This document shows positions 38,371 to 48,870 of a stretch of DNA of 64,000 nt, in pieces. The position numbers and the translations under genes were made by a program. Under the pieces are notes generated by a model. The model ran no database searches. It saw only the letters and a program-made list of their open reading frames with translations, and was not told the DNA's origin. Positions within the stretch are counted from its first letter, which is position 1; each line of letters starts with the position of its first letter. The DNA is from Callorhinchus milii (Eukaryota), in the NCBI RefSeq assembly GCF_018977255.1, contig NW_024704743.1:97032001-97096000 (forward strand). Reading direction: 5' to 3'.

Positions 38371-40266
38371 CAACAACAACATGGATTTATATAGTGCCCT
38401 CCACATCGGACGGAGTCTCAGAGCGCTTTACAGTAACGGATCCCGGGACCGAGCCAGGGGGAGGGGGAGGAAGGTGACCAAAGGCGCGGTCGAAAAGAAA
38501 GGTCTTCAGCAGAGACCTGAAAATGGGAAGGGAGGGAGCGAGACGAAGGGAGTGAGGAAGGCAGTTTCAGAGCTTTGGGGCATAGGGGCTGAAGGTGGAG
38601 CGGAGGACTCGGGGGACGAGGAGGAGGCCAGACCTGGAGGAATGAAGGTAACGGATACTGTTTTGAGGAGAGAGGAGGTCAGAGAGGTAGGGGGGTGCAG
38701 AGGAGTGGAGGGACTGGAATACAAGGGTGAGGATCTTGAAGTCGATCCTCTCTGAGATAGGCAGCCAGTGCAGTCTGGCAAGGACTGGGGTGATCAGGGA
38801 GTGGAGTTTGGTGCAGGTGAGAATGCGGGCAGCAGAGTTTTGAATTATTTTGATTTAATGGATGGTAGTGGATGGGAGACCGGCGGGGGAGGGCATCGGA
38901 GTTGTCCAGCTGAGAGGTGACAAAGGCATGGACCAGGGTTTCAGCGGCTTTTGGGGAGAGGTATTTGCGGAGATGGGCAATGCGTTGGAGGTGGAAGAAG
39001 GCGGTGCTGGTGAGGGATCAGATGTGGGGGAGGAAGGGTAATTGGGGGTCAAACCTGACACCTAGGTTGCATACGGGTTTGGAGAGTTTTAGGGCAAGGT
39101 CGGGTAGGTGGAGGAGATGAGAGCCATGAGATTTTAGACGTTGATGAGAGCCAAAGAGTATGGGTTCCGTCTTGTCATCGTTCAGCTGAAGGAAGTTTGT
39201 GCTCATCCAGCCCCTGAGATCTGACAGGCAGGCTGACAGAACATCAGGGGACTGGGGGTCGCAAAGAGAGGTGGCAAAATAGAGTTGGGTGTCATCTGCA
39301 TACATGTGGAAATGTACCCCATGTCTGCGGATGACACCCCCAAGAGGGAGCATGTAGGTCAGAAAGAGGAGGGGGCCAAGGATGGATCTTTGGGGTACCC
39401 TGCAGGTAACCGGATGAGAGCGAGAGGAGAAGCCATTTGTACAGATGTACTGATGGTGTTTTGTGAGGTAGGACTCGAACCAGGCGAGTACGGTCCCATG
39501 AGGTGGATGATGGAGGAAAGGCGGTGAAGGAGATGGCGTGATCGACTGTGTCAAACGCCGCGGAGAGGTCCAGGAGGACAAAGAGGCAGAGGGAGCCCTG
39601 GTCACAGATAGAGAGGATGTTGTTTGTGACTTCCACAAGCGCAGTCTCTGTGCTGTGGGCAGGGTGGAAACCGGACTGGAGGGGTTCAAAGAGGGAGTGA
39701 GAGGAGAGGTGTGCGCAAAGTTGATTGGCAACGATGCGTTCTAGAACTTTTGAGAGGAAGGGCAGGTTAGATATAGGGCGATAGTGGCTGGGGTTTGAGG
39801 GATCTAGGGAGGGTTTTTTCAGGAGGGGGTTAGTGACAGCAGTTTTGAAGGAGGCAGGGAATGATCCGGAGGAGAGGGATTGGTTGATGATGTCACCCAG
39901 TTGTGGGCAGAGGAGGGGGAGCTGAGTGACCAGTAAGTTGGTGGGGAGGGGGTCGAGGCAGCAGGTGGTGGGTTTCATGGAGGTGATGGTGGGTGAGAGG
40001 GAGGAGGGAGAGATGGGGAGGAAGGAATGTAGAATGGAGGTAGTGGTAGGAGCAGATGATGCGGAAGGTGAGGGGGACAGAGAGGATGTGGTGGTGGGTG
40101 ATAAGGTGCGGATGTTAAGTATTTTAGAAGAAAAGAAGTCCATGACCTATTCGCACTTGGCATTTGATATGAAGATTGAGCAGGCCTGAGGTGGGGCACG
40201 GAGGAGGTAGTGGATGGTGGAAAAAATAATTTTTGGGTTGTTTTAGCCTCCAAGATGATGTTGCTC
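38371..40266 (-). mobile_element. L2 LINE (lineage A), longest copy (~1.9 kb), frameshifted RT, 8-bp TSD, inserted in a CR1 3' end
   Basis: Minus ORFs give [55 protein letters not shown] and YADDTQLY. caacatta at 38363-38370 and 40267-40274; CR1 sequence on both sides. Confidence 0.93.
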
Positions 40267-41469
40267 CAACATTAGGTTGTTTCTTTAATGAATCCAGTGT
40301 CCTGGCTTCAACCACCCTTCCTGGTATCAGGTTCCAGTTGTTAACAGTTTCAACATAAAAAGTGGTTACTGAAGACTTGCTTGACCATGCCTATTCAGGA
40401 AGGTACTACAGAATTTCTGAGATTTGGCTGGAGAAAGCTGAAACTTTGGTGAGATTGTTAATGATCTAGTAGGAAATTTGCTGCAATCCAAGCTCCTGTT
40501 GTATTATTCGAGAAGAGAGATGCAAGGAAATTAAAGGGCCACGAGCAGAGGACTCTTTCCACATGACCATGTACAAGTGCAGGGAGTCCTACCTGAACTG
40601 CCCCAAACCTGGTGTTCCTCAGTCTGATAGTGATCTTATGCATTAATGGCAGAGATATTGATACCTAAAGTCATCATGATGACACATTGAGAAGCAGGGA
40701 TAGTGATCACTGGCAAAAAATACACCAGACGGTAAAAGGAAGCAGTTTGATTAAGTACTCAGGATTGAGAGAAGGTTTTCACAGTATTCCACATTGAGCT
40801 CTTGTGAAATGTTTACTTTTTATGATTCTTCAGTGATGTTACCAAAAGAAGCTGTGATGCACTAAGCTTTACTTGAATGCCCTTGTGTCCTATTAATGTG
40901 TTGCTTGTTTTAGCTATTAAGCAAGATCAGAATAACAGAAGCAAGTGTATTGAAAGAACCGGGTAAAAGAAGAACTTTTGTATCTATGTAAATAAAATTG
41001 GTCAGTTAGGCAGGTCATTGTTGTGTGCAAATTGGCTGCTGCATTTGCCTACAAAATATACAGCCACTACACGTTACTATATATCCTGTTAAGAGTTTTG
41101 AGACATCCTCATAAAATGAAAGGCACAAATGTAAGGATTATTATTGCTTTCTGTAGAGTCTGTCTCTTGCAAGTATCATTTGGTGATAAAGACTTTGAAT
41201 AGACAACATGCTCTCAGGTCTCTGCAAAAACTACAGATCAGGTTGATTCAAAATCTTTGATTTTTCCTCATCTCCTGTGGTGAAGGGAATAGCTTCCACC
41301 TCTAGCTGCTCAGTTTCAATCAGTGCCTCGCCGTGTGGCAAATCATGAGGAAGAACCTTTGACCAGTACACTTAATGAGGTTGAAAATGTGGCACTCGCA
41401 ACCTGGATTCACAAATAACAACTCCAAGTTGAAAAAGCGATTCCTGACAATAACACGACATATGCAACA

Positions 41470-41790
41470 ATGATCAATAGGATCTCTGTTCTGAGGACCT
41501 CTGTTCAGGGTTGACTTCTGGCAGATACTTAAGAACAGACATCCTGTAGGGCTCACTATTTGTGACTTGGAGTGGCTATTTATGAATCCAGTTTGATGGA
41601 ACCATCACTCAATTGGTAGAGATGTGTGTTTGAGTTGTGGACGCGAGGATGGTAATGATCTCATACATTTCTTGCTGGACTGTATTGCTCACCAGGATGT
41701 TCACAACGAGCTCCTGGTATTTGTTAATTATCTAGTGAGGTCTTGGAAATGGAATGTTGGAATTGAGTTGATCCTCGTGACAGTCCCGGT
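41470..41790 (+). mobile_element. Possible decayed L1/Tx1-type non-LTR ORF2 C-terminus (CCHC zinc knuckle)
   Basis: One frame reads DFWQILKNRHPVGLTICDLEWLFMNPV*WNHHSIGRDVCLSCGREDGNDLIHFLLDC, with a C-x2-C-x9-H-x4-C motif. Confidence 0.45.
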
Positions 41791-41982
41791 AATACAGTTG
41801 CTAAGCCAGACAGGTCCTTATTGCAAAGTACTGCTGATGACTAACCAGCCAGCATTTTCAGGACTTGGATGGCAGGGATTCTTCCCACTCAGCACCTGTT
41901 AACCCTGCAAACCAAAGCTTTGATGGGTAGGGTGGTATTAGCTAAAAAAGCAACAACAAACTTGTACACAGTGCTTTCAATT

Positions 41983-42235
41983 GCAACTATATGCTTTTAG
42001 CTGGTTAAACTCCAGTAGTATCCCAATATATACTCTGGGGTCCCCAGGCCTTAGCTCTAGCCAACCTGCACCAAATTCTCTCATAAATTATGCAAACAAG
42101 GTACACATTCCATTGCAGACCCAGGGACATTTCCATGAGTTGATAATATACACATGTGGAACTCTCAATCTGGTTTGGATATTCTTCAGCATGGTAATGG
42201 ATTTCTGCAAGTGTCAGATATCTGGTTGACCAAAA
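41983..42235. repeat. Unclassified interspersed repeat, copy 2 of 3
   Basis: ttttagctggttaaactccagtagtatcccaa…actctggggtccccaggcctt is nearly identical to copy 3. Confidence 0.8.
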
Positions 42236-43182
42236 CAACTGATGTCCTGGCCAGCAATAACCCAGCTACAAAACTGGTCCTTTATTTCTTATTGGCTGTT
42301 TGTGACTCATTGCTATATGCAAACTTGCTGCCATGTTTGCCTACAAATACAGTTACTGTACTTTATAGAAAACTTTCTGAAGCACTTTGAGAGATTTTGA
42401 CATAGTAAGTTTCTATAAAGCATTATTATTATTAATCATTGTATTTGATATAGCACTTTATCATGTCTTTGAGATGTCTCAAAGCACTTCATAGAATAGA
42501 CTGCAAAGTTAATTGACTGCATATTTTGTGGCCGAAAGTAAACATTTAAGATTAATATTATTAAATGGCTACAGTGGGGAAGCTATCACCAGCATAGGCA
42601 CAATGGGCCAAAATACATCTCTCTGTTGTATAAACCTTCAAACTCCTTGCACTTAATAATTTCATTAACCTTCCATTGCATCCCATTGAGTGCTTCACAC
42701 TGTCTTTCCTGTTTGTCTGCATAAATCGTATCAGTCTCAGGAAACATGCGGTTGCTCAAAGAAAACGTGGGTTTTCTCCAAAGTCAGGTATCAGATGATT
42801 GAGCTGTTGTTTCTAATTCAGCAACACACATGTCTCCATGCGATGAAATGGCTTCAAAGCCTCAGGTTTGCTCATCTATCAGCAGACTGCTACATTGCAA
42901 TGGAAAACGGATTACAGATGTGTGGAAAGTTACCTGAAAAAAANCACTCCATTCAGTAAACTGTTTACTTTTCAATCATACCACAGTGTAGCCTGGCTCT
43001 TGATTCTGCGTTGGTGCAGGTAAAACAAGAGATATTTACAGTGGCCAGTTTGACCTATGATATTTTGGAGTTAATTACAGGTGAATTGCAGTTTGCAGAC
43101 CCTTTATCTTTCCATGTTATGTGTCAAAAAACATCATTTTGTCCAATAGGACACGCTACCTTTGTCATTGCTGGGTAGCATT

Positions 43183-43535
43183 ATAATAATAAGCCTTGCA
43201 TTTGATATAGTGCCTTATTACATTGTCAAAATGTCTCAAAGAGCTTCACAGGATATACCATAAACTACAGTGAGCACATTTTGTGGGCAAAACAAAGCAG
43301 CCAGTTTGCGCACAGCAATGTCCCACAGATAGTTATGGAGTGAGTGACCAATTTCATTTGAGGGGATTTGTTGGCCAGGACAGTCTTCTCTTTTTGAATA
43401 GTGCCATGGGATCTTTAACATCCACCTGTACAGACAGACAAGACCTTGATTTATCATCTCATCCGACAATGCAACACTCGTCCGCATTGGAAGTTCAGCT
43501 TAGACTACGTGATTCCAAATCCCGACATGGGGGCA
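43183..43535 (-). mobile_element. Deu-domain-type SINE
   Basis: gttggccaggacag…ttgaatagtgccatgggatctttaacatccacctg plus the reversed tail. Confidence 0.8.
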
Positions 43536-43939
43536 CACAGTGTTAACGCAATGAATAATAATAATAATCCTTGCATTTGATATAGCACCTTCGAGATGTC
43601 TCAAAATGCTTCACAGAATATACTGTATACTGTATATTTTGTTGGCAAAATGGAATGAAAATACTGCACAAGCTATTCTGACTTTTACATGTGGCAGACA
43701 ATTGCAGGATTTACACTAATGAATTACTTATTTTGTAGCATAGTAAAAGACCCCAACTTTGGTTAAATTATTTCAAGTCACTTAACGCCGGAGGTGTACA
43801 CTTTTGCTAGACTCCATATTCAATTATTGGTCTATTCATATTAATTGATTGATGGATATCCATGTCTACTTCAATGAAAGTGTTTCCTCTGTCTCCCCAT
43901 TGCTTTCCCTCCTTTCAATTTATAAGATTCAAATTTCTT

Positions 43940-44585
43940 CCCTAAACATTCTCTTATTGATGTGAATGGATTGTTTTGGACTTAAGAAGTGTCCTGGCCT
44001 CAACCACCCTATCCTGGTAATTTATTCAAGTAAAGAAACACTTCCTGTTGTCTGTCCTGAAATTGCACTTTGTAACCCTAAAGCTGTGTCCTCTTGCTCT
44101 GCAGTCTCATTGCAACCAAAAGTATTGTTCTGGGTTCACTTTCCCAATCCCATTTAAATTCTTGAATACCTGTATAAAGTTCTCTCTGAGACCACTTCTT
44201 GCAAGAATTAAATACCCTAGGTTGCCTAATTGTTGAGCATAGATCATTACTTTAACATTAAGGATCATCCCTGTTGCTCTCCTCTGCACTGCCTTTTGGG
44301 TCTGGGCAGCTCCCTTATATCAATTATTATGAAAAACAAATTGTTCACTTCAATCCGCGACTGTTTGTGGGACACTGCTGTGCGCAACTGTCTGTCGCGT
44401 TTCCCCCACAAGATATACAGTCAATTCACTTTACAGTATATTCTGCAAAGCGCTTTGAGACATCTCGAAGACATGATAAGAGTCTACATCATTATTAGTA
44501 TCACAATAACCAGAATTATATGCAATACTCTGACTAAGACATTTGGGATCTGAACTCAACTGATTTGACAATACAGCCCTGGATT
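43940..44585 (-). mobile_element. Decayed CR1 ORF2 C-terminus, interrupted by a SINE tail (44320-44497, +)
   Basis: Minus [11 protein letters not shown]…LRENFIQVFKNLNGIGKVNPEQYF; CR1 sequence resumes after the SINE. Confidence 0.8.
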
Positions 44586-44661
44586 CTGTTTTCCTTGTTT
44601 GTTTCTGTCTTGTTCACCTCCCCCAGTTTTCCCATGGATAGTTTGTGATTATAGCCACATG

Positions 44662-44693
<32 letters not shown>

Positions 44694-44995
44694 CCTTGCA
44701 TTTGATATAGCGCTTTTCACGTCGGGAGGACGTCCCAAAGCGCTTCACAGAACACACTGTAAAGTGAATTGACTGTATATTTGTGGGCGAACGCGGCAGC
44801 CAATTGTGCACAGCAATGTCCCACAAACAGTCGTGGATTGAAAATGACTAATTTATTATTGTTTTGGGTTTTGGAGGGATTATTATTAGGCGTGTGGAGT
44901 AAGGAAACTTGCCCAAGGTTTCGCCCTGCCTGGAATTGAACTCAGGTCTCTCGCTTGCAAAGCGAGTGCTCAACCACTGAGCTACAGGACTCCAC
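44662..44995 (-). mobile_element. tRNA-headed SINE, full-length short form, young CTCCC-loop subfamily
   Basis: Minus strand gtggagtcctgtagctcagtggttgagcactcgctttgcaagcgagagacctgagttcaattcc…gggacgtcctcccgacgtgaaaagcgct…(tat)n. Confidence 0.92.
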
Positions 44996-47174
44996 GATGG
45001 GATATGAACAGGGCCTCTATACATAGGGTATAACAAAGGAGAGTAACTCAAGCAGCTTTTGGGGGTTTCCTCAGTGGCTGTCTCAAGAACAATATTGAGA
45101 GTGGCCTAAGAGTAGCTCTGTCCACTATTGTGCTTGGGGAATTGTTACGATGAGGGAAAAATATGTAGCATGAGAGGCACTCACATTATGATCCCTACAT
45201 TTCAGCTTTATTGAATTGTATTTATGATTGAGATGACAAAGGAAAGATTTATTTTAGAAAGTGAGTCAGTCAGAACAAATTAACTTTGATTGAAAGTTTC
45301 TATCCTTTGTTGAGTAAAGTACTTAAGAACTACACGGTCATGGGTTGATTCGAAACATAACCAGTAAATTGTTGATGGATAAATAGCCTCCTCTGGAACA
45401 ACTTGATGTTGACCTTATAAATCAACATTACAGTGTCAAACTCCTAGCTAATGACATACAGAAAGTCTTGATACATACACACACAATAGATCGCATATAC
45501 TAGAAATAGACATATTGCATTAGCACATAATTGGGTCCATGTGATATTTATGAATGTGCTGGAGGCAGAACTCCAACAACATGATTCTCAATGTTGAAGT
45601 TTGAGAAACTGGGTCCATAGCTTTAAATGTCCAGTTGATGGGTCACAGCCTTGTACCACTGGTAATAGGATACAGACTCCATGACTTTCTGTTTGCTAAA
45701 CACTCACTTGATATCCTGCTAACTGGAAATCAAAGAAATAGTAAGAATGGCACTGGAAAGCGGGTGGGGTGGGGGGGTGGGAATAGGAGAGAGAAGTCTA
45801 CCACCAGCTATAGAATCATAGAATCTTACAGCACAGAAGGAGGCCATTTGGTCCATCATGCCTGTGCCGGCTATTTGAAAGAGCTGTCCAATCAGTCCCA
45901 TTCCCCCGCTCTTACCCCTTAGCACTGCAATTTTTTCCAAAAAGTCACTGCCAAGCCTCAAACAAGAAATAATAGAAAAGGTATCCATGGAAGCAGCATC
46001 TGTGAGACAGTATTCCAGTAGAAGGAATAAAGAGTCAAACACCTTTGCAGAAGTGCAGTGGAGAATAGATAGTTGAAGAAGGAAAAGATTCAAAGGATCA
46101 CTTTACCGATACCCTGTGGTGTTCTTCTAAGGTCTATGTGTTGAAAATAGCTACACTTTCAGTGGTGAGGCACGCTGCTAAACCAATGCACTAAGGATTC
46201 TAATGATGTTCAAATGCACTTATTATTGACTTAACATTTGGAAATTAGATTTGAATAAGCTATACTTTATTACACTGTGGGTCTTGTATTAATTCCTAAG
46301 AGCTAAATGACCACTAGAGCTGTTTGCGGATCAAGCCTATCGTTTCTAATAGTTTTTTTGTTTAGTGTTTTGTGAACATTAATTCTATTTTTGGTCAAGG
46401 TGTGGAACTCTCTTTATTACTTAAGCTGATGGTACATCACCCAATAAGTGTCATAAGCACAATCCAAAGAGGAGACTCTTCCTGGCGGACCTGACTGTTT
46501 TAGGTAGATTTATAATAATAATAATCCTTGCATTTGATATAGAGCCTTATCACATCATTGAGACATATTAAAGTGCTTCACGGAATATATTGTAAAGTGA
46601 TTTGACTGTGTAGTTTGTGGGTGAACCATGATTTATCATATATATATTTTTATATTTGACAATTTACTGTTATTTGTTACTAAACAAATACTTGCCAGCC
46701 ATATTTAATAACAATGTTTTGTGATGCAAATTAAGGGGAAAGGTTAAAAAAAGCACATTGATTTTATTGGTAAAATAGCTGATGCCGCCAATTAAAGGGC
46801 TCTTGGAGTCACTGATGGAAGAAAAGGTAACAGATTCTGTAACAGCTGAAAATAACTGCTGCTGGACAACAGGGATTAACATTATGGCTCCATATATTGC
46901 CTTTCTGACTAGTATAAGCCCTGAAACAAATTGCACTAATAAAATTGAGCTCAACGTCTGATTTGACACTATGAGTCACAGGATTTAAGATTTAAGTTTT
47001 AAGTAATAAACATAATCTCCAATTTGAAAGGTTTTGGATGAGAAATTCCTGTTTCCACTGTACGAAGCTACTTTAAATAGTGTTTGCAATAAGATTTTCC
47101 CTTGTACATCTCACATCTGCATCAGCATTCTGTTCTCATGATTTTTGGGAGAGGTTGTTCCCTGGCTGATAGGA

Positions 47175-47674
47175 TTTAATTAGCTCAGTGTTTAGAGCAC
47201 TCACCTCACAAACGAGAGACCTGGGTTCGATTCCCGGCAGGGCGAAACCTTGGGCAAATTTCCTTACTCCACACACCTGATAATAATAATCCCTCAAGAG
47301 AAAAAAATAAAACAAATAAATAAATAATAATGTGGTCACTCAATCCACAACTGTTTGTGGGACACTGCTGTGCACAATTGCCTGCTGCGTTTTGCCCACA
47401 AATATACAGTCAATTCACTTTACAGTATTCCAGGCAGAGGGCGAAACCTTGGGCAAGTTTCCTTACTCCACACAGAGCCTAATAATAATCCCTCCAAAAC
47501 CAAAAACAATAATAAATTGGTCATTTTCAATCTACGACTGTTTGTGGGACATTGCTGTGCGCAATTGGCTGCCGCGTTCGCCCACAAATATACAGTCAAT
47601 TCACTTTACAGTGTCGTCTGTGAAGCACTTTGGGACGTCCTCCCGACCTGAAAAGCGCTATATCAAATGCAAGG

Positions 47675-47705
<31 letters not shown>

Positions 47706-47780
47706 TCTATGAAGCGCTTTCGAATTTGTTCACGTCTCAAAGACGTGAAAAGTGCTATATTAAATGCAAGGATTATTATT
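47175..47780 (+). mobile_element. SINE-in-SINE: outer copy 47175-47427 plus 47703-47780; inner CTCCC-loop copy ~47428-47702
   Basis: Outer copy breaks at tacagta|, inner begins ttccaggcag and ends in (tat)n, outer resumes tattctatgaagcgcttt. Confidence 0.88.
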
Positions 47781-48289
47781 AATGCCAAATTTACACTTGT
47801 TCTCACCAGTAGGAAGGGTACAAGAGTTGTAATGGGTGATTCAATTTATGTCTTTTTTTCTTTTCCTTCCTGTGAAAAACTATGGCTTGACATGCTTTCT
47901 TGATATCCCAGCCATAACCTGATTGTGTGGGAGATTTGGGGCATAAGTTCATATCTTTATCATGCCCTGACACAGTGTGATGCTGCCTCAAAGCAATTCA
48001 CTGCACTATCAGTTTTATCAAACACAAAAATCCATGACAAACGAATGAGCAATCTCTGATTTATCATCCACACTCAAAGAGAAGCCCCTGGGGCACTTTT
48101 TCTCATTGGTTGTTGGGATCAATAAAGAAGAAAGGAACAAACTTGCATTTATATAATAGCCTTCTGACACTAAAGCATCTCAAAGTGCTTCCCAAATAAG
48201 TATGTCAAGTGTAGTGACTTTTTCTGCAGGCAAACACGGCATCCATTTTGTGCTGGCAGGAAGAATGACCAATTTATCTGGAAGCAGGC

Positions 48290-48870
48290 TGCGGCCTGCT
48301 CCACGTACCCTGCTCAGCCCTTCCCAGTCAGGACTTCAGTCTCTCTGCCCCTACCGTTTGGATCTCCATCCCAGAGTCCTTTCTCCTCGTTCCCTCTCTT
48401 GCCTCCTTCAAGGCACGTCTCAAGACCCACCTCTTCAACCGTGCCTTCAGCCACCCTCCTACCCCCACTTCCCTCCCAACACCCCTTCCCCCCCCCATGC
48501 CCCCCTCCCCTGGTCCAAATCTCTAACTGTCCAATGTGAGAAAACACCTGCACTATTATCATGTAGGGAAAGATACTGTGTTTTACAATACGTTCCTCGT
48601 GAAATACTACAGATTTTACCCCCATTTTTCACAACTGGAAAATCTTTATAACGCACATCATGCTATGACCTGCTCTGCCTTCCCCCAGCAGCAGAAATTG
48701 CCTGGGTCTGCTACTGCCTCTCCCCTCAGGCTGCCGAGACTTTCATCCATGCATTCATCACATCCAGGCTTGACTACGCTAACTCCCTGCTTATCAGTCT
48801 TCCCACTCTTCCCTCCACAAGCTGCAGATCATCCAGAACTCTGCAGCTCATGCCCTTTCCCACACCGAAA
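48290..48870 (+). mobile_element. Two L2 fragments (48290-48545, 3' end; 48650-48870, more upstream ORF2 piece)
   Basis: gcctccttcaaggcacgtctcaagacccacctcttc; catgcattcatcacatccaggcttgactacgct (HAFITSRLDY). Confidence 0.8.

Noticed and set aside
41395..41530. PGFTNN…G*LLAD resemblance to a Harbinger DDE transposase
   Set aside because: Spacing and flanking motifs do not fit; the CCHC non-LTR reading of the region is better supported.
42944..42944. Single ambiguous base N after an A-run
   Set aside because: Assembly or base-calling ambiguity, not biology.
44920..44995. tRNA-Ala(TGC)-like cloverleaf (also at 5500 and 55022)
   Set aside because: It is the SINE head, continuous with SINE body and tail. 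The acceptor stem has a 1:72 mismatch and U3:G70 rather than the G3:U70 alanine identity pair.
46460..46503. ccaaagaggagactcttcctg (PKRRLFL) as the next CPQ exon
   Set aside because: Lacks the WT.EEQG motif, hits a stop within a few codons and has no good acceptor.
47332..47712. Recurrent peptide [32 protein letters not shown] in many ORFs
   Set aside because: It is a translation of the non-coding SINE tail, not a protein family.
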